A stretch of DNA of 64,000 bases from a virus (taxonomy: Duplodnaviria > Caudoviricetes): positions 61,104-125,103 of IMG/VR virus record IMGVR_UViG_3300021060_000011; one strand, written 5' to 3'. Under the pieces are notes generated by a model. It saw nothing but the letters and a program-made list of their open reading frames with translations. It had not been told where the DNA came from and searched no databases. The position numbers and the translations under genes are program-made. Shown piece after piece: positions 17,382 to 27,480 of the stretch (positions are counted from its first letter, which is position 1; every line of letters begins with the position of its first letter).

Positions 17382-20300
17382 TCAGTTCGCTCCCGGCGCG
17401 CTCGCGGCACCTGGCATGGACACGGCACCCGGCCGGCCCCCGCCCGAGTTCAGCGGGATCTTCGCGACGGCCTTGTTCGCCGCCGCGTTGACCTTGGCGT
17501 CGAGCATGTCCGTGTTGAGGGTCACGGTGATCTGGTGGTGGTTGTCGACCGTGACCGTGGCCTCGCCCGTCACCGCCGGCATCTCCGTCACCTTGGCGGT
17601 GATCTGGTCAGGCCGGACCGTCGCCTCGATGGGCTTGCCGCCGTTCGCCGCCGTGGTGGCGGAGTCGGCTGCCTTGTCGAGGGTGTTGCCGATTGCGTGC
17701 TCCTGGCCGGAGCGATCCGACCCCGAGGGCAACGACACCACCTCGACGGGGATGGTCCTGCCCCCGAACTCGGCGGGGCGTGCCGGCGGCAGGGGGACCA
17801 TCTGAGACGAGAGGGGCGGGAGCCCGCCACCTCCCACCGGCGGCTGAACGGACGGCGTGCTCTGCCGCAGGCCCTTCAGGCGCTCTTCAGCCTGGCGGAT
17901 CTGCGCCTGCACCTCGGCAATCCGAGCATCCTGGCCGCTCCCGACCCCGGGCAGACCGAGATCGCTCAAGCCACCGGACTCCGACCGAAGGGTCTGTAGC
18001 TCTCGCTGGTGCCGCGCGAGGTCGTTGGTCGCAGCCGTAACGGCGGCAGAGCGATCCTTGCGCCCGGCGTCGATCAGCGATGGTACGCCGGCCGTGACCA
18101 GGGGCGTGTTCGGTCCAACCTTCGCCGGCGGAGCCCACGACGGGAGGGCCGTCGAGCCGTCGAGGCCCGGCAGCTCGTCCCCAGGGTTCATCGTGATGTC
18201 GGGCTTGCCGCCGTGGACGAGGCCCTTCTTCTCGTCGCCGAGAGCATAGAGCACACCTGCCGCGGCCGCACCCGCAAGGGTGAGGGTGCCGAGCATCGTG
18301 ACGACACCGGCACCGGCTGCGAGGGCCGGAAGGCCCAGGAGTGCGCCGGTGATCTTCATGGTGCCGGCGAGACCGGCCGTCGCCGCCCCGAGGGTGGTCA
18401 GGCCGGCAGCGACCTGGATGGTCTTGTCGTCGAGCCCGGAAAAGCCGTCGACGGCCTTTCCGGTGGCGTCCGCGATGACCTTGACCGGTCCGGTGATGGC
18501 CTCGCCGATGCGAACGGTCGCGTTTTCGAACGAGCCCTTCATGTTGGTGATCGAGCCGTAGAGGCCCGCGAGGATCTCGTCGGCCTTCTTCTTGGCATAG
18601 TCCGGATCGTCGCCGGCGGCCTTGATCTGGGCCCGGGACGCCTTGAACTCTTCCCATTGGCGCTGGGTGATCGCGCCCTTGCCGCCGTGCTTGTCCGTCA
18701 GGATGGCGTTGAGCTGGGCCAGGGTCGCGTTCGAGGACATGAGGGCATCGAGCAGCCCCTCCGCATCCACCGACTGGGCGCCGACCTTGTGGTAGTTCCC
18801 CGCCGCCTTTGCCGCGACCTTGGCGTCGGAGGCGCGCACCTTGCCCTTCTTCGTCTTGCCCAGCATGGGGCTGACGGCTTCCGTCACCGCCTCGACGTAC
18901 TTGCCACGGTCGGCGATCAGCGCCTTGTCGGCGTTGATCGCGTCGACCCTCTTGCGGATCTCGGGGGTGAAGCTCTTGCCCATGTCGAGCCGGAACTGGC
19001 CTTCGAGAGCGCTCGTGCTGAGCTTGTCCGGCATCCGGACGAACTTCGAATGCTCGATTCCCGCGGCGTTGTAGGCTGCGAGACCTTTGTTGGTGGGGCT
19101 GACGAGCTTGTTGGCCGCCGAGCGCATGAACACGCCGGCCTCGTCGCCGCGCAGGCCGCCGCGCCGTGCCAGGGCGCCGAGTGACATGGTGGTGTCGGTG
19201 GTCAGACCCGAAGCCGTCGCGGAGGCCGCCGCGTACTTCATGTACTGGGCGACGTCCTCGCCGGACATGCCACCCAGCTTGGCCATCTTGACCATCTGGT
19301 TCGTGGCCTTGTTGGCCTCGGCGAGGGCCTTTTCCTTGGTCGAGATGTCCTTGCCGGTCGCCTGGAGGTAGGAGCGGATCGTCTCCGCCCCTTCCTTCAG
19401 GTCCGTCTCCATCAGGGTCGCATAGTTGCGCACGTTGGCGACGATGCCCTGCGCGACCTCGGCCTTGAGCTGTGAGCCGAACTCGGCCGGCAGGCCCTGC
19501 ATGGCGGCGGTCTGCGCCTTCACCACGTCGGTGTTCGAGAACTGCGTCTCCTGGCCGATCTGCTTGGCCTGTTTCAGCAGCCCATCCTGATCGGGCAGGT
19601 CGAGTTCGGTGAAGACCCTCTGCTTGCGGACGGCCTGATCGAAGTCGGCGGCGGCATCGACCGCGGCGAGGCCGATCTGCTTGCCCTTGTGGGCCGCCAT
19701 GATGCCGGCGCCAGCGGCGACGGTGCCGGCGGCCTCACGCCGTGCCGAGCGTCGCTCGGCGTGGGCGGTGGCCCGAGCCTCTTCGGCATCCCGGCGCACG
19801 CGCTCGCGTTCGGCGCGCTCGATGCGCCCCGGAGCGCTCATGCCCTCGGTGAGGCGGCGCCCATCCTCGATGTGGCGGGCCGTGCGCCGGCCTTCGACGC
19901 CCATACCGGCGACCAGATCGCCGCTGGCCGTCGCTCGGCGCCGGATCTCGGCCTGCTGTGCCTCCTGGGCCTGCCGGAGCCGCGCAGCCCTCTCGGCACG
20001 CGCCGGCGCACTCATGCCGTCCGCCAGACGGCGGTTGATGGCGATCTGGTCCGAGGTCTGCCGGCCGACCGCCCCCATCCCGGCGGTCATGCTGTGCGTG
20101 GCCTGCTGGATGCTGCCCTGCCGCAGCATGGCGGCGTTGGTGTCCTCCACGACGTTCTTCAGCCGCGTCTGCTCGGACGCGAGCTTGGCGACCGAGACGC
20201 CCGAGGCCTCGGCGTGATGCTTGGAGGCCTTCAGCGCCACGGCCTGAGCGTCGTAGACCTCGGAGGCGCTCTTCACCGAGCGTTGGGCTGCGGTGAGGGC

Positions 20301-20681
20301 CTTCTCGACGGTGGCGACCCGTTTGCGGGCCGCCGTCATCTCGCTGGCGATCGCGCTCCCCTTCGAGAACGTCTTGATCCCGTCGAAGGCGGCCGCCGCT
20401 TTCCGGGCGCCGTCTAGCTCCTTTGCGAGCCGGGCTACCTGCTGCTGCGTCCCCCGGAAATGCTCACGGGCCTGAGCGAAGGTCGCCTGCGATCCGCGGA
20501 ACTTGTCGATGCTGCGGAGGCTGTTGTTGGCGGCGTCGAGCTGCTTTGCCAGGCGCCCGACCTCGGCAGAGACCTTGGCCCCCTTGCCGACCTCGCGGAA
20601 CTTCTTCGAGATCTTGTCGAATACCGCGCCGGTGCGATCCTCGGCCGAGATGACGGCCTTGGCTTCGATAATCCTGCCCAT
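17382..20681 (-). CDS. Tape measure protein
   Basis: 1099 aa Ala-rich helical protein, ISAEDRT N-terminus, AKQIG.ET.FS core; follows the chaperone genes. Confidence 0.92.
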   Translation of the reverse strand: MGRIIEAKAVISAEDRTGAVFDKISKKFREVGKGAKVSAEVGRLAKQLDAANNSLRSIDKFRGSQATFAQAREHFRGTQQQVARLAKELDGARKAAAAFDGIKTFSKGSAIASEMTAARKRVATVEKALTAAQRSVKSASEVYDAQAVALKASKHHAEASGVSVAKLASEQTRLKNVVEDTNAAMLRQGSIQQATHSMTAGMGAVGRQTSDQIAINRRLADGMSAPARAERAARLRQAQEAQQAEIRRRATASGDLVAGMGVEGRRTARHIEDGRRLTEGMSAPGRIERAERERVRRDAEEARATAHAERRSARREAAGTVAAGAGIMAAHKGKQIGLAAVDAAADFDQAVRKQRVFTELDLPDQDGLLKQAKQIGQETQFSNTDVVKAQTAAMQGLPAEFGSQLKAEVAQGIVANVRNYATLMETDLKEGAETIRSYLQATGKDISTKEKALAEANKATNQMVKMAKLGGMSGEDVAQYMKYAAASATASGLTTDTTMSLGALARRGGLRGDEAGVFMRSAANKLVSPTNKGLAAYNAAGIEHSKFVRMPDKLSTSALEGQFRLDMGKSFTPEIRKRVDAINADKALIADRGKYVEAVTEAVSPMLGKTKKGKVRASDAKVAAKAAGNYHKVGAQSVDAEGLLDALMSSNATLAQLNAILTDKHGGKGAITQRQWEEFKASRAQIKAAGDDPDYAKKKADEILAGLYGSITNMKGSFENATVRIGEAITGPVKVIADATGKAVDGFSGLDDKTIQVAAGLTTLGAATAGLAGTMKITGALLGLPALAAGAGVVTMLGTLTLAGAAAAGVLYALGDEKKGLVHGGKPDITMNPGDELPGLDGSTALPSWAPPAKVGPNTPLVTAGVPSLIDAGRKDRSAAVTAATNDLARHQRELQTLRSESGGLSDLGLPGVGSGQDARIAEVQAQIRQAEERLKGLRQSTPSVQPPVGGGGLPPLSSQMVPLPPARPAEFGGRTIPVEVVSLPSGSDRSGQEHAIGNTLDKAADSATTAANGGKPIEATVRPDQITAKVTEMPAVTGEATVTVDNHHQITVTLNTDMLDAKVNAAANKAVAKIPLNSGGGRPGAVSMPGAASAPGAN

Positions 20682-20683
20682 GG

Positions 20684-20872
20684 TCAGCGCCGCCCTTTGC
20701 CTGCCGCCTCCCGCTTGCGCTTCTCAGCGCGGGCAAGGGCTCGTCCGTACCAGTGCAGGATCTGCGTCGGGGTGAGCCGCCCGACCGCGTCGAGGGGCTG
20801 GTTCAGCTCGAGGACGAGGTCGTCTGCGAGGTCGCCGAGGTTTCGCTGGCCTCGTCGAGATCCTGGAAAAAA
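20684..20872 (-). CDS. -1 frameshift extension of the chaperone (gpGT-like)
   Basis: Slippery T TTT TTC at 20872-20866; the -1 frame encodes LADDLVLEL...LT..QILHWY.RA. Confidence 0.75.
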   Translation of the reverse strand, partial: FFPGSRRGQRNLGDLADDLVLELNQPLDAVGRLTPTQILHWYGRALARAEKRKREAAGKGRR

Positions 20873-21153
20873 CCGAGGATCGCCTTGCGCACCTCGCGGG
20901 CCGCGCGCCAATCGGCCTTGAGCAGGAGCAGCGGATCGGCCGGCTCGACGATGCAGGCCTCGGCATAGGCCCAGATGACCTCGGGCTTCTCGGCCGAGAA
21001 CAGGGTGCCCTCCTCCGACCGACCGATCGAGTAGGGCTCGCCGCCGCATTCGACGTAGTCGTTGTAGGTGGGCTGGCGCAGGACGATCGCGGTGATCGCG
21101 CCGTTGTGCCCGACGAGCGGCTCGGACAACGGGATGCTGACGGGTTTGGACAT
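20803..21153 (-). CDS. Tail assembly chaperone (gpG-like)
   Basis: I.L..P.......I..I.LR.PT..D motif; between tube and tape measure. Confidence 0.85.
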   Translation of the reverse strand: MSKPVSIPLSEPLVGHNGAITAIVLRQPTYNDYVECGGEPYSIGRSEEGTLFSAEKPEVIWAYAEACIVEPADPLLLLKADWRAAREVRKAILGFFQDLDEASETSATSQTTSSSS

Positions 21154-21217
21154 CGGGGCCTCGGGGCGCGGAAAAGGGGGATTGGCGGGCCGCGCGAACG
21201 CGACCCGGGCAGGCCGA

Positions 21218-21580
21218 TCAGACGGCCTGGTACTTGTCGGTCTCGATGCTGAGGCCCGAGACCTCGCCGGACTCGCTGTCGATCGAGGGCTCGCCGGACC
21301 AGTTCGCCCGGGTGAACAGGTGGGTCACCTTCACGTCGGTCTCGCTGAAGGTGACGTTCAGCTCCTGGAGCATCATCGCCTCGTCCCAGCGCAGGCCGAT
21401 GCCGCGGTCGAAGCTCAGATCGAGCTTGGCCAGCTTCGGCTTGACGGTGGAGTAGCCGGTGCCGTCCGAGTTGACGTCGTTCTCACGGATCGCCGTCGCC
21501 GGCATGATCGTGGCCTTGCCGCGACCCGAATAGGTGCGGCCGTTGATGTCGAGCGTGAATCGCCCGCCCTTGGTATCCAT
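21218..21580 (-). CDS. Tail tube protein (Mu gpM-like)
   Basis: 120 aa directly after the sheath; GG...L.ING. Confidence 0.85.
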   Translation of the reverse strand: MDTKGGRFTLDINGRTYSGRGKATIMPATAIRENDVNSDGTGYSTVKPKLAKLDLSFDRGIGLRWDEAMMLQELNVTFSETDVKVTHLFTRANWSGEPSIDSESGEVSGLSIETDKYQAV

Positions 21581-21663
21581 GACCGAGGTCTCCGGAAGTC
21601 AGGTAGTGTGCGGAATGGCGGAGCGCGGCAGGGCCGGGCGCAGGGGCCCGGCCCGCGAAGGCG

Positions 21664-23205
21664 CTACTGGAGGGAGGCGTTCGCCTCGGTCAGCTCCTGG
21701 AAGAGCGTGATGTTGGCCGCGAAGATCCGAAGCTGGTTCGCCTGGTCGATGGGCAGGTAGACGTTGAGCCGGTTCGGATCGGCCGAGCGCTCGACGATGA
21801 GGTACTTGGCGAACAGCGCCGGCTTCTCGACGATGCCCGCCACCTCCGACAGCTCGGTGTAGGCGTGCACCATCATGGCGCGGACCTGGGCCGGGGTGAC
21901 CACGCCCTGGAGCGCGCGCGGGTTGTCGTCGCGCAGGACATGCCGCGGGTAGGTCGAAGTGACCCGGGTGCGGATGTACCGCTTCACGTAGGCCGCGATC
22001 GCGATGGACTCGACGTCGAGGAACGTGATGTCCGGCGAGCCGTAGGCGTTGGTCTGGTAGGTCGTGAGGACCCGGTCGACCGCCATGGTGCCGTCGTTGT
22101 TGACGGTGAGCGCCGAGATGCCGTTGCGGTAGAGGCTGTCCCGGTCGGCGAGCGCCCAGCGGTCGGCGTCGGCCTTGGGCGCGCGGATGCCGGAGATCAC
22201 CAGCGTCTGGAGCGGCCGTGCGATCTCGATGGCCTCGGTGAGCGGGCGACCGAGGTTCTTCGAGAACGCCACGATGCCCGACAGGCCCGCCACCACCGAC
22301 CACAGCGGGTGCGGATAGTTCAGGGTGCCGAGCACCGTCACGTGCCGATCGTTGCGGGCGGCGCCGAACGTGGTCTGGGAGCTAAGGTTGCCGTCCCGGG
22401 CTGTGATGTAGTGGCCGTCGAGGCCCACGGTGGGCGACCAGCGGCCGGTGCCGGAATCCGAGAGGAAGTCGCGCACGGCGTTGAGCTGTGAGGTCAGGGC
22501 GTAGGGCGAGGCGATCCAGTCGAACTGGGTCGAGCCGAACGCAGCCAGGGCCGCCGCGATGTCGACGTCGCCGGCGCCACCCGTCATGGCATTGAGGGTC
22601 ACGACCAAGCCGGCCGGGTCGAACTCGTCGCCGTCGAGGCCCGCCTCGATGCGGATGCCGTTGCCCTCGGAGCCCGCATGGCGGGCGGTGAGGGTTACGG
22701 TGCCGGTGACCGCGACAGCGGTGACCGGGGCGCCCATGCGGCGGTTGAACTTGCCGTAGCCCTTGGCGATGGCGGCCGAGAGCGCGGCGCCGACGACGGT
22801 GGCGGTGTCGCCGACGGCCACGCCGACGGAGTAGCGCTCGCCGCCGATGTAGCGGACCAGGGTGCCGGAGGCGGTGGCCGTGCCGGTGATCGCGATGGAG
22901 CCGGTGGCCGCGACGGCACCGGCCGGATCGCCGACGTCCATCGCCCAGATCTCGCCGACCGGGTTATGGTAGCGCGCGTAGGCGACCATGTCGGCCAGCA
23001 TCGAGCCGCGGCCCGCGAGCGCGTTCGGATCGACGGAGCCGATGTTCTGCGGCTTGAGCGCGGTGAGGGTGGACAGGCCGGCGAGCTTGCGGCCGAGCAG
23101 GATCAGGCGGGAGGTGCCGGAGTAGGGCGGCTGGCCCGCGTTGACCTCGGCGTAGAACAGCGGGACGCGGATGTCCCCGGGGGTGTTGTTGAAGGCGACG
23201 GACAA
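21664..23205 (-). CDS. Contractile tail sheath (Mu gpL-like)
   Basis: RVPLFYAE, GRGSMLA.M, ARPLQTL, R..LY.NGIS, TTYQ.N.YG..D, D.NRL.V. Confidence 0.95.
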   Translation of the reverse strand: MSVAFNNTPGDIRVPLFYAEVNAGQPPYSGTSRLILLGRKLAGLSTLTALKPQNIGSVDPNALAGRGSMLADMVAYARYHNPVGEIWAMDVGDPAGAVAATGSIAITGTATASGTLVRYIGGERYSVGVAVGDTATVVGAALSAAIAKGYGKFNRRMGAPVTAVAVTGTVTLTARHAGSEGNGIRIEAGLDGDEFDPAGLVVTLNAMTGGAGDVDIAAALAAFGSTQFDWIASPYALTSQLNAVRDFLSDSGTGRWSPTVGLDGHYITARDGNLSSQTTFGAARNDRHVTVLGTLNYPHPLWSVVAGLSGIVAFSKNLGRPLTEAIEIARPLQTLVISGIRAPKADADRWALADRDSLYRNGISALTVNNDGTMAVDRVLTTYQTNAYGSPDITFLDVESIAIAAYVKRYIRTRVTSTYPRHVLRDDNPRALQGVVTPAQVRAMMVHAYTELSEVAGIVEKPALFAKYLIVERSADPNRLNVYLPIDQANQLRIFAANITLFQELTEANASLQ

Positions 23206-23218
23206 AGCGGGCGCTCCA

Positions 23219-23246
23219 AAAGAAAAGGCCGCCTCGCGGCGGCCTC
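23219..23246 (-). terminator. Terminator-like hairpin upstream of the sheath gene
   Basis: AGGCCGCC-GCGA-GGCGGCCT-TTTCTTTT. Confidence 0.6.
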
Positions 23247-23277
23247 ATGGGTTGGGTCTGGGAAGGGCTTGGGGCGG

Positions 23278-23511
23278 TCAGCCGGCCTTGGATCGGGCCG
23301 GGGGCGCCGGGTCCGGCTCGGGCGCCGGTGCTTCGTCCGCCGCCTCGGGAACGGCGTCGGTCAGGTCCGAGACGGCGATCTCGCCACGGGCCTCACGGGC
23401 CGCCCAGTAGGCGGACCACGTGACGGGGAGCCCGTCGGCGGGCAGGTCGCAGCCGCGCTCGGGATCGGGGATCGTGGCCGTGGGATCGGCCGGGGTGACG
23501 TGCTTGCGCAT
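23278..23511 (-). CDS. DUF2635-family small tail protein
   Basis: PDP..G..LP.DG..V..S.YW..R...G.I. Confidence 0.8.
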   Translation of the reverse strand: MRKHVTPADPTATIPDPERGCDLPADGLPVTWSAYWAAREARGEIAVSDLTDAVPEAADEAPAPEPDPAPPARSKAG

Positions 23512-24287
23512 CAGGCGCTCCAATCCGGGATGGCGACCCTGTCCCCGACCGTCGCGCCAGTGGCGATGTCGTGGGCCCGATCCGGCGCGATGTCCGGGTC
23601 GAAGGGCTGCGGGGCGTGGGTGATATCGGCCCCGAGGAACGGGATCCTGGGCTCGGCGGAGAGCGCGGCGTTCAGCTTCACGCAGGTCTGCCGGCCCGAA
23701 CCTTCGGGCAGGCCGGCGGCCACGGTTCGCAGCGGCTCAGGCAGTTGGGCGAACGGCCCGGCCGGGACATCGCGGACATCCCGCTGGTCCTCGCCCTTCA
23801 GCTCGACGCGTAGGGTCAGGAGCCGGATCGCCAACTTCTCGCCGGTCTGGTCTGTGGCGAAGCGCGAGGACTTCATCTTGGGCACGCGCCGGGTCACGGC
23901 GGTGCGCAGGAGGTAGGCCTGCGGCGTCTCCCCGGCGGTGATCGCCTCAACGGCACGTTCCTCGAGGAGGTCGAGCATGGCCTCTAGCTCGCGGTCCGTG
24001 CCGACGTAGTTCAGAGCCATCTCGTCGCCCTGCCCCGAAACCGCGTTCATCGCGATCTCGATGACGAGGTCGCACACGTGGTTGAAGGGGGCGCCGCCGT
24101 TGTTCTTCGACCAAGCCTCGGCCTCGTCCTCCTCGGTGGTGAGCACCATGACGGGGACCGGCTCGCGGTGGTCGAAATCCGCGATGCGGGAATCGTAGAT
24201 GCGACCCTGCACGAAGAAGTCGACGACGGGATCGGCGTTGAGCGCCTCAATCGCCTGGAGGCGCAGCGCGGTCCGGGCGAGGCTCAT
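23511..24287 (-). CDS. Putative tail completion/terminator protein
   Basis: Neck-module position; R.YDSRI. Confidence 0.55.
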   Translation of the reverse strand: MSLARTALRLQAIEALNADPVVDFFVQGRIYDSRIADFDHREPVPVMVLTTEEDEAEAWSKNNGGAPFNHVCDLVIEIAMNAVSGQGDEMALNYVGTDRELEAMLDLLEERAVEAITAGETPQAYLLRTAVTRRVPKMKSSRFATDQTGEKLAIRLLTLRVELKGEDQRDVRDVPAGPFAQLPEPLRTVAAGLPEGSGRQTCVKLNAALSAEPRIPFLGADITHAPQPFDPDIAPDRAHDIATGATVGDRVAIPDWSA

Positions 24288-24694
24288 CGGATCTCCGCCA
24301 GCATGACGAGGGCGCGGCCGAAGTCGACGGCCTTGAACCGGGTGACGGTGAAGCGCTCGCCGGTGTCGTCTCGGCGGACGATGTCTCCCAAGTGCGGCCG
24401 CTCCAGGAGCGAGTGCAGATCGACATCCACCATGGGCTGCTCGGCGACGACGCCGCGCGTGGTGGAGTCGGTCATGGCGCGGCCATGGGCGTGGAGCACG
24501 GCGCCGGCCGCGATCCAGACGCCCTGGAACGGGTAGCTCACCCGGATCGTGCTCGGCACGGTCCCGGCGTTGACGTCGACGCGGCCCGCCGTGGTGGCGG
24601 GCCGCGCGCGACCTTCGATGGTGAAGCCTTCTGCGAACACGGCATCGACTGTCGCCGAAGCGGCTGAGGCTAGGGCGGCAAAGAGCGAGGGCAT
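24284..24694 (-). CDS. Head-tail joining protein
   Basis: Follows the capsid gene; P..GD.V....GE.F.V. Confidence 0.65.
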   Translation of the reverse strand: MPSLFAALASAASATVDAVFAEGFTIEGRARPATTAGRVDVNAGTVPSTIRVSYPFQGVWIAAGAVLHAHGRAMTDSTTRGVVAEQPMVDVDLHSLLERPHLGDIVRRDDTGERFTVTRFKAVDFGRALVMLAEIR

Positions 24695-24720
24695 GTCGCG
24701 GAAGGCCTATCGTTCGAGGG

Positions 24721-25749
24721 TCAGTTGACCTTGGCGCAGAAGCTCGCGTTCACGCGGGACGGCACCACCAGGGGGGCCGACTCGGAGTAGGCGTTGCGAC
24801 GCGAGGGGTTCTCGGTGTCGTAGACCTTGCGGAAGATCTCCTGGGGCACGAGCGACGCGACATCCTGGATGGCGCCGAACGCACGCACGCCCTCGATCGC
24901 GGGCGAGCCCATGATGACGTTGAAGTCATCGATGAACCGCTCGGAGGTGCCGTCGCCCTGCTCGAAGCTCTGCTGGTAGACCCAGAACTCGAAGTCGCCG
25001 ATGGCACCGACGTAACGGGCGCGGGTGACGTCGTCGGGCTTGATCGGACCGAGCTCGACGTTGCCGGTGGCCTGACGGCGGACGTCGAGGACCTTGCGGA
25101 AGTCTTCGTCCTGGCGGGCGAGCTTCCAGGCGCCGCCGCCCAGTACCACCATGCCGGGGGCGATGCCGCACTTGTCCTGCGTGGCCTGGGCCCAGGTCTC
25201 GATGCTGTCGAGCGGCTTCACGCCAGCCTGACCCCAACGGTTCGCGCCGGTCAGAGCCACGGAGAGGGATTCGTGCCGCTCGTAATCAACCACCTGGGTC
25301 GGATAGTCCTCGCCCTCGACCTTGACCTTACCGAAGCGCAGGGCCTGGGCCGCCATCCACTCGAGGCGGTAGAGCACGGCGCGCTCCTGGGCGGCGAGCA
25401 CGTCCACCATCACGGCGTCCATGCGCTCCACCGGGCTCATGTCGCCCGAGTAGCGCTCGCCGGCCATGCGCTTCATGGCGCGGCCGGGCTTCACCACCTC
25501 GAGGAGCTTCACGTTGGCCGGCTTGAAGCTCTTCGTGATGTAGCCGCCGGAGTTCGTCGGCTTGGCCGAGGCGTCCGGATGGACGAACGGCGCGAGCTTG
25601 CGGCCGGTCTTGATCAGGTCGAAGTCGATGGTCTCGGTGTCGAAGTTCTGCACCGTGGAGAAGAACAGATCGAGCAGGAAGGTCGACGGGGTGTCGATCC
25701 GCTCGTCCATGACGCGGGCGAGCGTGTGGGTGTCATAAACCAGGCTCAT
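24721..25749 (-). CDS. Major capsid protein (lambda gpE family)
   Basis: FL.DLFF, R.LAPFV.P, FKPA.VK, EWMA.QAL..GK, SAPL.VP. Confidence 0.95.
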   Translation of the reverse strand: MSLVYDTHTLARVMDERIDTPSTFLLDLFFSTVQNFDTETIDFDLIKTGRKLAPFVHPDASAKPTNSGGYITKSFKPANVKLLEVVKPGRAMKRMAGERYSGDMSPVERMDAVMVDVLAAQERAVLYRLEWMAAQALRFGKVKVEGEDYPTQVVDYERHESLSVALTGANRWGQAGVKPLDSIETWAQATQDKCGIAPGMVVLGGGAWKLARQDEDFRKVLDVRRQATGNVELGPIKPDDVTRARYVGAIGDFEFWVYQQSFEQGDGTSERFIDDFNVIMGSPAIEGVRAFGAIQDVASLVPQEIFRKVYDTENPSRRNAYSESAPLVVPSRVNASFCAKVN

Positions 25750-25850
25750 GACGGGCTCCGGATAGCGATGTCGGGGGATGGTCGGGCGGCCAGCCTCGGG
25801 GCAGGCGCATGTCACGGCACGGGCGGCTCACGGCCGCCCGGCCGGTCGGA

Positions 25851-26225
25851 TCAGAAGGTGGTCAGGCCGAGCGGCTTGCGCAGGAACAGGGGCGTTCCCT
25901 CGAAGGCGATGCGGACGTCCTCGGCCGAGAAGCTGGGGTCGATCACCAGCATGTCCGGGTTGAAGACGCCGGCCTTGTAGGTCGGGCCCACAGCGTCCGC
26001 GGCGGAGGCATCGACGTCGGCGACCGCGATGCCGACGGGCTTCTGGGAGCCGTCGGTCGCGGTCTTCACCGCCTTCTTCAGCTTGCCGGTGGCCGTCACC
26101 CGGCCGACCACGGTGAGAGCCGCGACGAGGGCGCCGGTGAGGAAGGTCTCGGGCTCGGAGTAGACCGGCATGGTGCCGGTGATCAGGGCCTCGGGGCGGT
26201 AGGTGTTGGTCTCGTTGAGGGCCAT
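25851..26225 (-). CDS. Head decoration protein (gpD-like)
   Basis: DGSQ.P.GI...D.DA, Y.AG.FN; between protease and capsid. Confidence 0.85.
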   Translation of the reverse strand: MALNETNTYRPEALITGTMPVYSEPETFLTGALVAALTVVGRVTATGKLKKAVKTATDGSQKPVGIAVADVDASAADAVGPTYKAGVFNPDMLVIDPSFSAEDVRIAFEGTPLFLRKPLGLTTF

Positions 26226-26292
26226 GGTGGCTCACTCCTGGTTCTCGGCGCACCGCGCCAGGGATCGGTGGGGTTGGGCCGCGACCTGCAGC

Positions 26293-27480
26293 TCAGCGCG
26301 CGGCGGCGTCGGCCCGGGTGCGGCCGCCGGCCTTGCGGTAGGCGGCGACGATGCCGCCCGCCTTGTCGTCCTTGGCCGTGCTGCCGCCGCCGTGATGGCC
26401 ACCGGCCGGGCTCGGCTTCGTGGAGGCCTGCGCGGCCGCCATGGCGTCGATCAGGGCGTCCTTCGCCACCTCGAGGTTGCTCGCCTGGGCCACGATCCCG
26501 TTGAGGGTCGCGAGGCCGAGGCCGGACTTCTCCGCAGCGGTGAAGAACTGGACGGACCAGGCCTTGGGCGCCGACGCCACGGGGGCGACCGGCTCGGGCT
26601 TGGTCTCGGGCGGCGTGGCGCCGGCGGCTGCGGCGGCCGCAGCTTCGTCGGCGGCCTTCTTCGCGGCGACCGCCTCGGTCATGCTGGCCTTGGCCGCGTC
26701 GAGGCCGTCGGCCTTGGCGACGATGTCGAGCAGGGTGACGATCGACAGGTTGGACTCGCCGGCGGCGGCGAAGAAGTCGGTGGCCCAGGCCTTCGGCGCG
26801 GGGGTCGGGGCGGGCTTCACGTCGGACATGGGGGGTTCCTTCTCGGCCGCGGAGGCCGTTGCCGCTGGAGCGGCCTGAGGCTTGAACCGGCTCGGGAGGC
26901 CCTTCGGGGCGCGCGCGTAGAGCCGATAGTTGAAGCTGGCGGTGGGCTCGGCGAGGCTCTCGGCCTTGCCGGTGACGAGACCCTGCGCGACCGCCTCGTC
27001 GGCGGTGAACCAGGTCTCGGCGCGCATCAGGCTGCGCACCTCTTCGCGCTCCAAGCCCGAGCGCGCGGCGTAGATGCCGGCGTACTGGTCGGAGAGCTTG
27101 TCGAGGACGGTGGCGTCGCGCTGGTGGTCGGCGGCGGTGCCGAAGGTCAGCCCGGCGGCATCGTGGATCATCACCATCGCGCCGTCGCGCATCTCGCGCG
27201 TGTCGCCCGCCATCAGGATCAGCGAGGCGGCCGAGGCCGCTATGCCGTCGACGATGACGTGCACCTTGCCCTCGTGGGAGCGCAGGAGCGAGTAGATCGC
27301 GACGCCGTCGAAGGCGATGCCGCCGCCCGAGTTCAGCCGGACGGGGACGTCGCCAGGGCCGTGCTCGGCCAGGGCGGAGGCCACGTCGGTGACGGTGAAG
27401 CCGTCACCCCAGCAGTAGGGGTCGCCGACGTCGCCGTAGAGCAGGATCTCCCCGTTAACGAGGAGGCTGGGCTTGTCCAT
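26293..27480 (-). CDS. ClpP-like prohead protease with C-terminal scaffold
   Basis: NS.GG...DG.AIY, DG.AASAAS.I.MAG, MIH, ETW..A.EAV..G; duplicated AW...FF.AA..S.L scaffold repeat. Confidence 0.93.
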   Translation of the reverse strand: MDKPSLLVNGEILLYGDVGDPYCWGDGFTVTDVASALAEHGPGDVPVRLNSGGGIAFDGVAIYSLLRSHEGKVHVIVDGIAASAASLILMAGDTREMRDGAMVMIHDAAGLTFGTAADHQRDATVLDKLSDQYAGIYAARSGLEREEVRSLMRAETWFTADEAVAQGLVTGKAESLAEPTASFNYRLYARAPKGLPSRFKPQAAPAATASAAEKEPPMSDVKPAPTPAPKAWATDFFAAAGESNLSIVTLLDIVAKADGLDAAKASMTEAVAAKKAADEAAAAAAAGATPPETKPEPVAPVASAPKAWSVQFFTAAEKSGLGLATLNGIVAQASNLEVAKDALIDAMAAAQASTKPSPAGGHHGGGSTAKDDKAGGIVAAYRKAGGRTRADAAAR

